Assembly: GCF_006345805.1 (NCBI RefSeq)
Contig: NC_043014.1
Span: 23,870,001-23,934,000, forward strand
DNA: 64,000 nt
Direction of reading: 5' to 3'
Origin: Octopus sinensis
Taxonomy: Eukaryota
Below, piece by piece: positions 1-13,464 of the stretch. Position 1 is the stretch's first letter, and every line of letters begins with the position of its first letter. The position numbers and the translations under genes were made by a program. The notes below the pieces were generated by a model. That model searched no databases. It saw nothing but the letters and a program-made list of their open reading frames with translations, and had not been told where the DNA came from.

Positions 1-627
1 CAACACAGAACTAAACTCATCTTCAAAACTCAACAGATACTAGGTTTAGTCATCTATGATGACTTTTTCAGTGTTCATGAAAGATCATGATTGCATCTCA
101 GAAGCTGGACTTCCTCCTTAGAACCAGAAAAAAGGCCACTTGATTGATAGGCAACTTTTCATTCACTAACACACTGCACAAGCATTGATGTATTATATTT
201 TCTTTATGTCTCTTTGAATGTTACTGTAATAGTTTCTGCTTTTCTAAATGAGTATGTTGTCTACTACCCATGTTCACTGAATTTACCTGCCTTTCTTCCA
301 ACTGTATTTCATCCCCTATACCCCTTACTAAACACTTTTGCTTGTTTATTTCTATCCAGAGCTGTATACCTCCAGGGTTCTTTAATTCAAACTGAGCATT
401 AATCACATTAGCTCAGATTAACTAAAAAAAAAAAATGCTTTCTCTTGACAAAATGGAAAAGGAAACAGATTTTTTTTTCTTGTCGTTATTTAAATTTTCT
501 ATTCATTTTGTATTTCAAAATTAGTTTTTATTCACTGGAATAAGATTGTAATTTCCCTGTATATGATTTAAGCATTTCACTGAAAATATTTTCATTGTTG
601 CATTTTGGTTTTGTAATGACTTCACAG

Positions 628-1488
628 GTGTCGATCATCAGCATTTAGTACATCTACAATGAAGAATATGAAAGGATATGCTCATGTAAATAAACATTCT
701 GAAAGAAAGCGTCCCAGAGTTTTGCATAGAAAAATGTCTTCTACTGTGTCAAAGATCAGCAAGGCAAATAATTTGTTAGACTACTCAAATTATCAATATA
801 GCCAATTAGAAGTTCCATGCGATGCTCATATGACTGACTGTTCTACTGATGTGAATCCTGTATCTGAAGACAGCCAATCCACTGAAGAAAGTTCTGTGTC
901 CAAATATAGGCAGTCTACTGCTAACGATACCACTTCACAAAACGAGTGGATTTCTAACATGCAAAATAAAAATATAGATTTTGGGAATATCTTAGGGTTA
1001 ACTTTTAAAAGGCCTGACAAAAATTGTTCTGGAAAGGTTTTGCAGGTAGACAAACCTAAAACCAAATTGAGCTGGAATGTTAAATCAAATTCAGATGTTA
1101 AAAATAATTTGAACAATTTAAATAAAGACTATTTCACTGAAGAAAATATTTCGAGCCAAAAACATTTCGACTATTCTGCCTTGCAGCAGCCAGTAACAAC
1201 TATAAAAGGCAGTGATTTCGTTTATGGTATATCACCAATACCAGAAAATGTTTCTGGCAGGTATAGTTTTGCAGTACCTCGGATTGCATGGAAATCACTT
1301 GACAAATCCATGCACACCAACTTGCCTTATCAAACTGTTTCTTCATTAGACAAAAATTGTAATCCTGTTAGGAAAATGTTGCCTCAGTATTATAATCAGA
1401 GTGTAGATGCTGCTGTAATATCAGCTGAAAATACTCGTGAAATAAGGCAACACTCTACCACTAATACAGGTGTTTTGCAGCAAAACAA
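628..1488 (+). CDS. Internal coding exon (861 nt, phase 2-2) of an unidentified multi-exon gene; Ser/Asn/Lys-rich, probably disordered
   Basis: Acceptor ttcacAG ends at 627. The frame is open from 629 (CRSSAFSTST, then the 659..1492 ORF). Donor AA|GTAAGT at 1489 lies just before the ORF stop. No recognisable domain. Confidence 0.7.
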
Positions 1489-2789
1489 GTAAGTTTCAAT
1501 TTCTAGTCTCTTTCAAAGAGTTACAACTGACAATTTCTATTCTGTATTGTATAACATGTAACAAATTATTCAAACTCACATTTTTTATATTTATCCTTTC
1601 ATCTTGCAAATATATTAAATATGCATATCTGTGAAGTTTTCTCATTTCCTATAATTTATATACTTGTATCTACAAAATCTTGCAAGTTTTTATTTTTTAG
1701 CTGTATTTAAATGAAAGCCTGGCACTCATTCTATTAAAATCAGTTTCTTTGACTTTTTATGTTCTTTTATGGCTACACTTATTTTATGTCTTTTACTGTT
1801 AGTATCCTTTTGTATGTGGATACAAGCTGTAAAATCTCATGTTATGACACCTTGGTTCCTCCTTAATTCATTAAAAAAGAAAAAGAAAGTAAGAATTCAA
1901 TATTATTATAGGCCAGAAACTTGGAAGGTGGAATTAACAAATGACATTGACTCCAGTATTTGACTTGTACTGTATTTTATTGCTTAGTGGCCAAGATAAT
2001 TGGCTCATTATTGTAAGATCATGAGTTCGATTCCTGGCAGCATGTTGTGTCCTTGAGTAAGATACTTTTCTCATTGCTCTAGTCCACTGAGCTGGCAAAA
2101 ATGTGTGGTAACCATCATACTCTGTGTCATGCTGAATCTCTCAGAGAACTCCTTTAAGGGTACACTAGTCTGTGGGGTGCTCAGTCACTAACCAATGGAA
2201 AGCTGGGCAGAAGAGACTGTAAAATGTCATGGGTATTGTCCCTTCTCTGCTGATGAACTCATAAAAAATGTATCCAATTAATTAATATTACTGAAAAGCT
2301 CTATTTTGCACTTTTTTAGACAGATCAGTGGTAAACACTATAACCTATTATTTTGGGGTTGCTGGTATTTCACTGAAGACTGTCTTCCTTTGTAGGTGTG
2401 TATCTGGTTTTGGTAACTTATCTGATTAGCTTATGTGCTAATTTCTCTTTTACAAAGCCTTTTCCCCATTAAATATAAACTAGCAGATATACCCGGCCTT
2501 GCTCGGGATTAAAATGGCATAGTTTTTTTTTTTTGTTTTACTTGTTTTAGTCTTGTGGCTATGGCCATGCTGGAGCACTGCCTTTAGCCGAACAAATCGA
2601 CCACGTGATTTATTCTTTATAAGCCTAGTACTTATTCTATCAGTGTCTTTTGCCAAATTGCTAATTTATGGCAACGTAAACACAGTATCATCAGTTGTCA
2701 AGCAATGATGGAGGTACAGACACACACACACAAATATACACATGTACGACAGTTTTTTTACACACATATATTGCTGACTTTCAGGAACA

Positions 2790-3085
2790 TTGTGCGCTCT
2801 AGGACTAATATTTTGCATTTGTGGCTCCGTTGGTGGCTAATGAGCCCTGCTCTTGACAAGCATGCATGACTGCAAACATTGCAGAGCAAGCTTTCCCCAT
2901 TCACTACACCAGCCATGCTGGATATATGCTCTCTCAAAAGTGTCAACTCCCTCCTTAACCTGCTTCCTCCATCTGTGGCGATGACAGGCATTGTTCTCCC
3001 AGTTAGTTCCCAGGAAAGCAGGCTTATCCTTTGGTTCCGTTCTCATAACTGTTTCGCTAATCCAGTAACAACAATGCAAAGTATG
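2790..3085 (-). pseudogene. 3' end fragment of a BovB-type RTE LINE
   Basis: Peptides PKDKPAFLGTNWE...WRKQVKEGVDTFE and CNVCSHACLSRAGLISHQRSH resemble the RTE ORF C-terminus. Confidence 0.65.
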
Positions 3086-3865
3086 TAGCCCTTAAAACGT
3101 TTTTTGTGCATTTACAGAGAATACCAAACTGTCTTACACAGGATCTTGTTTTTAAGAATTCCCAATAAGTTATAAATACCCAAATTGTGAAGTCAGTTAT
3201 GTAATAACATAAAATTACTTATCCTATTGTAAGAATTCAAATAAAGTAGCCCCGAAAAGGGCTTTAATACGTTCCCAGAGTATATAAATTTTAGGAGGAA
3301 ATACTAATAAGGTATGTATACTAAAATCGTGAAACATGTTATGTAATAACAGGCTAATTAGATATCTCTTATTATAAAAGGCAGATTTTATCTGCCTCCC
3401 TTTGGGAGTTATACAAATCTACAATATAGGATTTCTTCAATTACAATTTACCTAGCAGTTTTAAGAGTACAATGCATCGCGTCATGCCAGGTCCAGTTTA
3501 AAAAATTTAAACTCCAATTAAGCAAAATTTACAGAAAACTCACATTCTGGTGTGTGTGTCAAATGCTTTTCTTAGTCTGGTTTACACCACACGCAAACGC
3601 ACACACACAGTGGGCAACGAATAAAATGAAAGTAATTGACTTACTGTAGTGAGTGATTCTTTCACTCTGCCTCCCACTTCCTCTTTTCACACATAGACAC
3701 GCAAATATATAAATAAAATTGTAAGCTAACGTGCGTGTGTGTGAGTGGGTGTGTGTGCGTGTGTGTGTGTGTGAGGGTGCGTGTGTGTGTGTGTGTGCGT
3801 GTGCGTGAGTGTGACAGGAAAGTTTTTTACGACGAATATAACACCTATATCCAAGTAGCAGAAAG

Positions 3866-4133
3866 ATAAGACAGTAAGGTGTGATTTGAGGGAGATTTGG
3901 CTGCTATTTCTACCATGTCTAGCTGCCATGTAGGGGTCTCCCTCATAGGCTCATACATACATATATACATAGATAAGACAGTAAGGTGTGATTTGGGGGA
4001 AATTTCGCTGCTATTTCTACCAGGTCTAGCTACCATGTAGAGGTCCCCCTCATTGGCTCATATATATATATATACATACATAAGACAGTAAGGTGTGATT
4101 TGAGGGAGATTTGGCTGCTGTTTCTACCAGGTC
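3866..4133. repeat. Tandem repeat, about 2.5-3 copies of a ~107-bp unit
   Basis: ataagacagtaaggtgtgatttg...ctgctatttctacc recurs at 3866, 3973 and 4080. Confidence 0.9.
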
Positions 4134-4495
4134 TGTTAGGCCTTCTCATGTAAACTCAAGCTTTCTCATGCCTTGAACATAAGACCAAAGCAGAGAATGT
4201 ATTCTTTTATTCTTCTGCTTTTTCCAGCCATTGGTCTGTGGCCATGCTGGGGCAATGCCTTGAAGAATTGTAGTTTAATGAATCAACTCCACTTTTATTT
4301 TTGTAAGCATTGTACTTATTCTATCTGTTTCCTTTGTCAAACCACTAGGTGACAGGGATGTAAACAAACCAACATTCATTGTCAAGCAGTGGTGGAGGAC
4401 AATCACAAGCACAGACACGCACACACACACACATACATGCATACACATATACACACATACATACATACATATATATATATGTGTGTATATATATA

Positions 4496-4754
4496 TTGCA
4501 GCGTGGAAGGTGTTTGTAAGCCATTTAAGAAACACACAAAAACCGTTAGATTCACTTCAACATTTAAATTTAATTTGCCAAAATATTTTCGTCGCTTTGA
4601 GACCGCGACCTGTTCACTGACAAAAATATCGTGCTAACAGGTCGCGGTCTCAAAGCGATGAAAATATTTTGACAAATTAAATTTAAATGTTGAAGTGAAT
4701 CTAACGGTTTTTGTGTGTTTCTTAAATGGCTTATAAACACCTTCAACGCTGCAA
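4496..4754. mobile_element. Fold-back with ~120-bp arms, Penelope-like inverted pseudo-LTR arrangement
   Basis: 4496-4614 is a near-perfect reverse complement of 4636-4754, and the arms carry a hammerhead-like motif. Confidence 0.7.
4577..4621 (-). ncRNA. Minimal type-I hammerhead-like motif with G3:C8 covariant core
   Basis: Minus strand reads GUCA-GUGAACA-G-GUCGC-GGUCUCAAA-GCGAC-GAAA-AUAU-UU-UGGC. Stem I GUCA/UGGC, 5-bp stem II, palindromic loop 3. Confidence 0.55.
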
Positions 4755-4918
4755 CTGTTTTCGTTCCAGCACACGATCTCAGATCAAGTCACTTGCTATG
4801 CAAGTACATCTCTGTAACTATATATATATATTTATATATATATATATATGTATATTGGTAAAAACAGTAAGATAACAAAAGAAAGAAAGAGACCTCAATA
4901 TTATGTAAATAGAGGAAA

Positions 4919-5313
4919 TCTTTATATATAAAAGTGAGGTTGTGTGTCTGTCTCCTACGATTTAGATTCCTAACTACTCCCACATTTTGCGGTGCAGTTT
5001 AACCAAAACCGGGTATCTTATAGTCGTGATTCATATCGAGACCGTCTGGGTATTAGCGCGCGTCTACGATGAGTCTACGATTTAAAAAAAAATTTAACAT
5101 CAATTTTTCCCATTTTTAATCCATTTTTGACATATATAAGGGAAGTAACTCTCTAAAATTTATTATTAAATCTCAGAACGTAAAAAGCTACAGTAACACC
5201 CCTCCCCCTTTGTGGTTAGCCATATTGAGATGGCTATTATACTTTACATCTCTAAAAATGCTTATATAATTATTTCCCTTACAAACCCGAGCAACGCCGG
5301 GCGATACTGCTAG
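4919..5313 (+). mobile_element. Complete ~395-bp non-autonomous Helitron
   Basis: A|TCTTTATATATAAAAG start, subterminal hairpin cccgagcaacgccggg, and 3' CTAG|T end. Confidence 0.8.
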
Positions 5314-6474
5314 TGAGATAATAATTCAAAATAAATAACTCTGAAAATGAATGGGTTATTTCCCTTGGAAGTTTAAAATAATTACTCTTGCCGTTCACTT
5401 GCGCCCAAATGTTATTCCTTCCACCGTTTACCTGAACATTTTTTCAATATCAATTTATACTTAAAACCTCCCCAGACACATTAGCAATGTGCGTGTGAAG
5501 TTTAAGAAAAACCAGTCAAGCCGTTTTGGCACAAAACGAGGACATACCGATACACACACACAGAGATATTTTCAGTTTTAATATGTAAGATAATATAATA
5601 ATTTATTAATTCTTAACTCTGGAAATTAAAAAGCATGCTACTAATATTTAATTTGTGCATTAATCTAATAAAACATATTTTCCTAATGTGTTTTCTAAAC
5701 TGTTCATGTTTCTTAATGGTTTCCAATTAATGTGAATTATATGATGCTATTAAGTCAAAGTTTCTTTGACATAAAAAGAAAAATATTTAAACATTTTATT
5801 TTAATTTCCTTGAAGTATCTGTCTTTTTTTTATGATGAAATTTATTTGTTGTTGACTGTTCCCAGTTAGTTTTGAGCAGGTGACAGCAAGTGAATGGCTT
5901 GCTTGCACAGCATATCTTAGATATGCAAATGTGAGACATGTCCTCAGTTTCAACTGAATGAAACAGAAGAGTCCTATCAGAATGTACCTGTTGCTTGCAT
6001 AGACCTACTCTCTTGGTTGGTTTAACACTGCCACCTGTTCAGTGCTTTTAGTGGAATAGACTTTGTTGCAAGTATAGGGAGATAATTCATGATTTGTAAT
6101 ATCTTCTTCCTTTTTGCCCCATGAGGCCCTAAAACAAGGAACGTCTTTGGTACTGTTTTTATCTTCTAGCTAAGCAGTGAAAAAAAAATTTAACTCTTTC
6201 ATTACAATATTTCTAACAAAATACACTCCCTATGTGTTTCAAGCATTTGGATGGATTCACTCCATTATTAAGATGGTGTTTGGTGCATAATTAAACCTAA
6301 GATTCTTACATAAAATTATAGAATAAAATTATACATGACAACACACCCCTACACTCACTTTCTCTCTTCTCTCTCTTTCACACACACATCCATTTCATAT
6401 ATATGTACATACATCTTTACTTTAAAACATAAATAAATAAATAAATAAAAAGTTTACAGAAATTAACGAACTCC

Positions 6475-6981
6475 AGATGACTATATCTTGGAAATCTGCC
6501 GGCTCAATGGTTTCCTTTCATGGCAGAATTAATAGTCAAGACTATTTAAGCATTTTATATGATCAAATTCATCCTATGGTTGCAGAACTGTTTCTGGGGG
6601 GAAAGGCAATCTTTCAGGATGATAATGCACCAATTCACACTGCTAAAGTTGTTACTGAATGGCACAAGGAACATTCTAGTGAAGTTGAACATCTTATCTA
6701 GCCATCACAGTCCCCAGATTTCAATATTATTGAACATTTATGGTGTGTTTTAGAAAAACAAGTAAGGAGTCAATATCCTCCACCATCTTCACTACAAGAA
6801 CTGGAGACTGTTTTAGCTGAAGAATGGACAAAAGTTCTTCCCATTGGAAACAATCAAACTTTGTACGAGTCCATGCCTCATAGAATTCAAGCTGTAATTA
6901 CTGCCAAAGGTGATCCTACCCCATATTAAAATAAATTTGTTTGAAATTTTAAGGTGTTTCCATTATTTTGTCCAACTCCTG
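6475..6981 (+). mobile_element. Tc1-family transposon, 3' fragment with terminal inverted repeat
   Basis: Transposase motifs IFQDDNAPIH and SPDFNIIEHLW. Ends ...ccattattttgtccaactcctg|TA. Same family as 13465-14494. Confidence 0.85.
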
Positions 6982-7089
6982 TATGTGTTAAATACATTTT
7001 TGTGTTTAGCAAACTAACATTAATTGTATATTATTACACTAAAGTTATAAAATTTAATTTAAAAAAATGTTTTTCTTTTTTTCTTTTAG

Positions 7090-7152
7090 AGAAACAAATG
7101 TTTCCTCGAGAAGTCAGTTTTCAGATTACAGTACCCAGTTTACATCACCATA
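7090..7152 (+). CDS. Small internal exon (63 nt, phase 2-2), probably the next exon of the same gene
   Basis: Long polypyrimidine tract + AG (7088-7089) and GTAAGT donor at 7153. Joined to exon 628-1488 it reads K-ETNVSSRSQFSDYSTQFTSP without a stop. Confidence 0.65.
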
Positions 7153-8164
7153 GTAAGTACTTCTCATCATCATCATCATCTCTCTTTCTCTCTCCTATTC
7201 AATTTTTTAGTTTTCGTTAACTTCTATTTTCAATCTGTATTTTTCTTTAAATCTCTCTATTCTTTATTTTCTCTCTCTTATTCAACAAATGGTAAAGCTT
7301 CTAACTATGTTGACTTCAAGTTGAGGATTAAATTTGCCTGATATCCTTCCAAGATTGATTAAAGCGAATACCAGCCATCCACAAACATATATCACAATCT
7401 TTTGGCATGGGGTAGCTGGAATTGCGCTTATTTGCTACAGCCCCTTGTCTTCTGACACAGGCACCTCTCTTATCAACAATCCCTTAACACTGAACTGGGT
7501 GCATTTTACTACATGCCCTGTGTGTGTTAAAACAAAGACTGGAAAGTCTGGCATAATTTTAATTTCGTATTACATGTGTTTAATTACATAAAGAATATTA
7601 TTATTAACTAGCTTAAAAGCTGCACTCTGTGCAAATTTTTTAAAGCTAGCTCTTGTGGTTCACTTGAAAATAATAAAAAAAACATTAAAATATTGTCTGT
7701 TTAAAGAAAGCTAAAATATAAATACTGAACAAACGAAATCACATTCAGTTAAAAATATTTCTAAATGATTAAAATATTGTGTACGTCAAAAAGTCAATGT
7801 TTTTTTACTTAGAGCGTGCGATGACTGTGTATATATGTCACAGATAGTGGACGTATGTTTGCGATGATTGACACACCAAGACATTCACTATATGTGTGTA
7901 TATTCTGTATGTGTGTTGACATCATAGAAGCGCCCCCTCCCTTTTTTTTTTGAGGGGGAAGAAATAATAAACAAAAATTGTGTTTAATCATTTTCATTAA
8001 TAAATAGAGGTCCAGATATCACAAAAATTTGTACTGCACTGCTGAAGGTAATCATGAAAATAAATATGCAAAAATGTTAAGATAAGGGATACTATTTCTG
8101 AGATATTTTGGGTACACACGAACATCTCTAGAGTTTTAGTATTATTAAAATATATATATCCTTT

Positions 8165-9960
8165 ATCTTTTATTGGCTTCAGCTAGAGGCTGAGGCCATG
8201 CTGGTGCAGCACCTTTACTACATCCAGGGATTTTTCCAGTATTGCTTCTAGTGAAGTAGTGAGTTGGACATTGCTGCTCTTTTTTGTGCTTCCTGCTTCG
8301 TTGTGGGTTCATCTGGAATTGGAGATAAAAAACTATCTAGATATTTTTTTGAAAACTTCCATGTCTACACCTTGCAGATCTTGATGTACTCTGGGAGGAC
8401 ATTAAAAAGTTGTGGTCTCTTGAATCCCAAGCTATTACAATATTGGGTTCATATCCTCGATGGTGATGGGCCCTTTGGTACTGTGCAGTGCCATCCAGTT
8501 CGGAGATTGTTGTAGATTTTGATTCCAAAATTTGGAACCAGACCCTCCATTATTTTCCACATGTATAGCACTGTATATCTCTCACAGCTCCTCTCCAGGG
8601 AGTAAAGTGCCAGTTCCCTCAACCTCTCCCAGTAGCCCATGTGTTTTACTGGGTCTATGTTCTTTGTGTAGTGGCGTTGGATCGCTTCTAGTTCTGCAAT
8701 CAGTTTTACACTCTGTTGGGATCACAACTGGCAACAGTAGTCCAGACGGCTGAGGACAAAGCTTCTCCAAAGCAGAAGCATTTTGTCTCTGTTCCTGGTC
8801 CTGAAGTATCTAAGGATCCAACCTCCCACCCGCCTGCATAGTGTTGCCATCTGAGCAGTGTGCATTTGGATTCACAGGTCATGTACCGACTCTAACTCTG
8901 GGATTACATTTCCTGCTGGCTCCATGTATTCAGCTGTAGTTTGTTTGTGGGCTGATAGTGCAGTGCTTGAAATTTCATGCCATTGAACTGCATATTATTC
9001 TCATTAGCCCATTTGTATATTGCGTTCAGGTCATTCTGCAATCTTAGGATGTCAGTAAGATCCTTGACCACCTGTTAGACTTATGTATCATTTGCATAGT
9101 TGGTGAGTGTGAGGATGACTCTATGGCTGAGGGCATGTCCGAGAGAGTTACCACAAACAGTAATGGACCCGGCACTGTTCCCTTGGGAAGTCCACTGAGG
9201 ATTGGTGTCACTTTAGAGAGAGCACCATTTGCTGTGACAGCCTCACTTCTACCCCTCAGGAAATGATGCAGCCACTCTCCCAGTCTTCCAGTGATACTGA
9301 GGTCACACAATTTATAATATATCATCCCATGATCGACTTTGTCAAAGACCTTGGCTAAGTTGAGATTATATCACATCCACATTTGAATGGTTGAGCTGTC
9401 ATTTTAGTACCCAAAGTGCTGTAGTAGCTGTGTTAGGCAGCTCCTTCCAGGACGGAAACCATGTTGTGTATCTATATGTAAGTCATCTAGGAATGTGGTC
9501 AGTCTTTTTCTGACAATGCATTCCATGATTTTGCTGATATGTGAGGTCAGAGAGATAGGCCTGTAGTTTATAGCATCTGTTCTACTTCCTCTGCAAATGT
9601 AGACTGAAATACAGGGGTCACAGACGGGGCAGATTATTCCTTCTTTTAATGTTTGAGGTAATGTACCATACTCTAGGGAACTCTGGAAAGGCATTTGCAG
9701 TGGTTTTGCAAGAGCGTTCTTGCATGTTCTAACAGAATTGCTGGGAGTCCATCTGGGCCTGTTGCAGAGCTTGGGTTTATCTTGTCAATAGCTGACAATA
9801 CATCCTCTTCTGTAATGTCAATGTAATTGATGGTTGCCTTTTTCTCTTGTAGGTTAGCGGTATTGAAGGCCTGCTTATTTTCATGTTTTCTAGTGGGGAC
9901 TTGAAATCACTTTGGAATTGTTTATTGAGTGCTTCACTTACCCTCTTGTGGGGTCTGCAG
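8165..9960 (-). mobile_element. Degenerate CR1/L2-group LINE (RT to 3' end)
   Basis: Peptides NYRPISLTSHISKIME, QHGFRPGRSCLTQLL and GYWERLRELALYSLER. 3' tail cagcatggcc...gctgaa. Confidence 0.85.
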
Positions 9961-10784
9961 TCAGTGAGCCCTTTTCGTCAAACATTGATCATATATATAT
10001 TTATATTTATATGTAGTTGCTTTGTGTCTGTTTATCTCCCACCACTGCTTGATAAATGGTGTTGGTGTGATTACGTTCGCAGACTTAGAAGTTCAGTAAA
10101 AGAGGTCAATAATAAAGTACCAGGCATTAAAAAGCAAATAATGGTGTCAATTTGTTCAATTAAAATTCTTCAAGTCGATGTCTTAGCACGGTCGAAGTCC
10201 AATGACTGAAAAAGATAAAAAAAAACCCACTAAATTCCTAAGTAAAATTTGAAGCTAAGGGAGATAACTCTTGTTCACCTTGTCAGTAATACTATGGCAT
10301 TGAAACTTTTTTTTACCTGCTAGAAATAACAACCCAAATGCTTTTAAATCAGATCCTAATGCTGGATGTTCAAGAACCAAATGAAGGGCAGATTTTCAAT
10401 CTTGGAATCATCCTGATTCCAAAAAGGTATATGTCTACATAGACTGAGATACAGGGGTCACAGACAGATTTTTCTTTTTAATTTATAGTAGGGGTATTGA
10501 AAAATATATATGAGATCTCCTATCTGTATTCCTCAGAGATATGTAGATACATACATAGAAGGTGAAAAGTGGAAGAGAAAGAAATGTTTAGGTATAAGAG
10601 GAGCAAATTATAATGTAAGACATATTCAAGTTTATTTCAGATTACATGAAATAATTCCTGTAGTAGGGAGTTTGCTTCCTAACCACATGGCTCTGGGTTC
10701 AGTCTCATTGAATGGCACCTTTGGTAAATGTCTTCTACTGTAGCCTTGGGCCACCAAAGCCCTGTGAGTGGATTTGGTTGAGAG

Positions 10785-12035
10785 TTAACCATGAGTACAG
10801 CAAAGAATCTGGTGTATAGGTAGCGGTTCATCAAGTCTTAGTCCTTACCCCCCACCCCCTTTTCATCATTGTCTTCTAGGCCATAACAGAGGAATTCAAG
10901 ACTGGCAGCCCCTAGAAACTACTATATGCTGATGATCTTGCCCTGATAGCAGATTCCATATCAGAGCAAGATGAGAAATTCCAGGTGTGGAAGCAAAACT
11001 TAGAGTCTAAGGGTCTTAAGGTTAACTTAGCAAAGACTACAGTCTTAGGAAGCAAGAAAACTGACAGGACCCTAACCCCCTCAGGTAGGTGGACCTGTTC
11101 AATTTGTAGGAAAGGTGTAGGCAGGAACTCCATACAGTGTACCCAGTGTAAGCTAAGGACACATGAGTAGTAGAGTGGATTAATAGGAAGACTATCAGAG
11201 AAGATAGTTTTCATATGTGGAAAATACACAGGATCCATAAAAACTTTATAGATCTGGAAAATTTATTCTCTCAAGGGCCTTGGTGACTTATTAGAGGTAG
11301 TTGATGATTTCTGCTACTTAGGAAACGGAGTAAGTTGTTGGGGAGTATGCATGGAGAATGTAACAGCTAGAATAAGAATAGCATGTAAGAGATTCAGAGA
11401 ACTCATACCTCTGTTGGCCACAATAGAGTTATCTCTCTGAATGAAAGGAAGATTGTATGCTGCGTGTATATGGACAGCAATTCTACATGGTAGTCAGATG
11501 TGGGCCCTGAATGCAGAGAACATGTGAAGGTTAGAGAGTAATGAGGCTAGTATGCTCCACTGGATGTGTAATGTAAGTATACATGTTTGACAGAGTGCTA
11601 GTGTTCTGAGAGATAACTTAGGCATAGAGGAATTGGTTGTTGTGTGCAAGAGAAAAGACTGCACTGGTAGCTCCATAAAGATGTATCAACCACTCACAGT
11701 GGGTGAAACACAATAGAAGTGGGAGACCCAGGAAGACGGATGAAGTACTGAAAAATGACGTCAGGTTGCTGAACCTCTCAGATGAGATGTCAAAGGACCA
11801 ATTATGTTTGGCACCTTGCCATACTCAAGAAGTCTCATACTCTACACCAACAGAAGGACTGGTCTTAAAAATTTCTGCTGCAAAGTACTCATGCAGTACC
11901 ACGTAAAAGTGCCACATAAAAGCACCCAGCTCACTCTGTAAAGTCATTGGCATTACGAAGGGCATCAAGCTGTAGAAACCATGCCAAATCGTCCAATCCA
12001 TTCCAGCATGGACAACGGATGTTCAATGATGATGA
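10785..12035 (+). mobile_element. Degenerate RTE-group LINE, RT C-half to 3' tail
   Basis: LLYADDLALIA at ~10920, WKQNLESKGLKVNLAKT, and 3' tail catgga...gatgatga. Confidence 0.8.
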
Positions 12036-12259
12036 TATATATATATGTGTGTGTGTCTGTATTTATTCCCCATCACTGCTTGACAACTGGTGTTGGTTTG
12101 TTTATATCTCCATAACTTAGTGGTTCAGCAAAACAGACTGATAGAACAAGTACCATGCTTTTAAAAAAAATCCTGGAGTTGATTCATTTGACTAAAAATT
12201 CTTCAAGGCAGTACCCTTGCATGGCCGCAGGCTAATGACTGAAACAAGTAACAATATAG

Positions 12260-13462
12260 GCATAGGAGTGGCTGTGTGGTAAGTAGCTTGCTTACCAACC
12301 ACATGGTTCCTGGTTCAGTCCCACTGCGTGGCACATTGGGAAAGTGTCCTCTACTATAGTCTTGGGCCGACCAAAGCCTTGTGAGTGGATTTGGTAGACG
12401 GAAACTGACAGAAGCTCATCATGTGTAATGTCAGTTTGCACACACAACAGAGTGTAAGCACCCTGAGAGAAATGCTGGACAGAAGAAGCATCAGATGTGG
12501 TGTGCAAGAGAGACGTTTGCGCTGGTATGGTCATGTACTGCGGATGAATGAGGAGAGATGTGTGAAGAAGTGCCACTCCCAAACAGTTGAAGGAATCTGG
12601 GGGAGAGGTAGACCCAGGAAGACATGGGATGAGGTTGTCAAGCACGACCTTCGAACGTTGGATCTCACAGTGGCAATAACGAAAGACAGATCTCTGGAGA
12701 TATGCTGTGACTGCTAAGACCCAACAAATAATGTGAGTTCATGGCTGCTTCCTGCACCAGTTTCGCATAGCCCCAGCCCATCCAAAGTACCTTGGATTGC
12801 AGAACGACCTGCTGTGCTTACCTTGGATTGTAGGGTGACCTGCTGTGCTGAGGAGACCTATTGAGTCAAGTACATCAATATCAAAATAAATATCAAATGG
12901 AAATTGTAGTTTTGATAGCTGTGCCGGCGGCACATAAAAAGCACCATCCGAACGTGGCCGGCTTCTGTGCCGGTGGCACATGACCTGCTGTGCTTGAGGA
13001 GACCTATTGAGTCAAGTATATCAACATCAAAATAAATATCAAATGGAAATTGTAATTGTGATACCTGTGCCGGTGGCACGTAAAAAGCACCCACTACACT
13101 CATGGAGTGGTTGGCATTGGGAAGAGCATCCAGCTGTAGAAACTCTGCTAGATCAGACTGGAGCCTGGTGCAGCCTCCTGGCTTCCCAGACCCCAGTCGA
13201 ACCGTCCAACCCGTGCTAGCATGGAAAACGGATGTTAAACGATGATAATGTACTTGTGTGTCTGTCTTTGTCCCCCCAACATCACTTGACAACCGATACT
13301 GGTGTGTTTACGTTCCCGTAACTTAGCGGTTTGGCAAGAGAGACCAATAGAATAAGTACTAGGCTTACAAAGAATAAGTCCTGGTGTCGATTTGCTCGAC
13401 TAAAAGCAGTGCTTCAGGATGGCCACAGTCAAATGACTGAAACAAGTAAAAGAGTAAAAGAA
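12260..13462 (+). mobile_element. tRNA-derived SINE (head 12260-12420, tail 13255-13462) interrupted by an RTE 3' fragment (12420-13250)
   Basis: SINE head ggagtggctgtgtggt...ggttcagtccca has A/B-box-like motifs. RTE peptide RRLRWYGHVLRMNE...RGRPRKTW. SINE tail ends cagtcaaatgactgaaac. Confidence 0.75.
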
Positions 13463-13464
13463 TA

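Larger units (their letters stand above)
2480..5590 (-). mobile_element. Non-autonomous Helitron shell with nested SINE, RTE, Helitron and Penelope-like insertions
   Basis: Minus-strand 3' end CTAG (2480-2483) next to hairpin cccggccttgctcggg. Minus-strand 5' TC start at 5590. Sits between A and T. Pairing of the two ends is inferred. Confidence 0.55.

Noticed and set aside
3866-4133. CRISPR-like repeat-spacer array
   Set aside because: Eukaryotic context, whole units are repeated with no unique spacers, and there are no cas genes.
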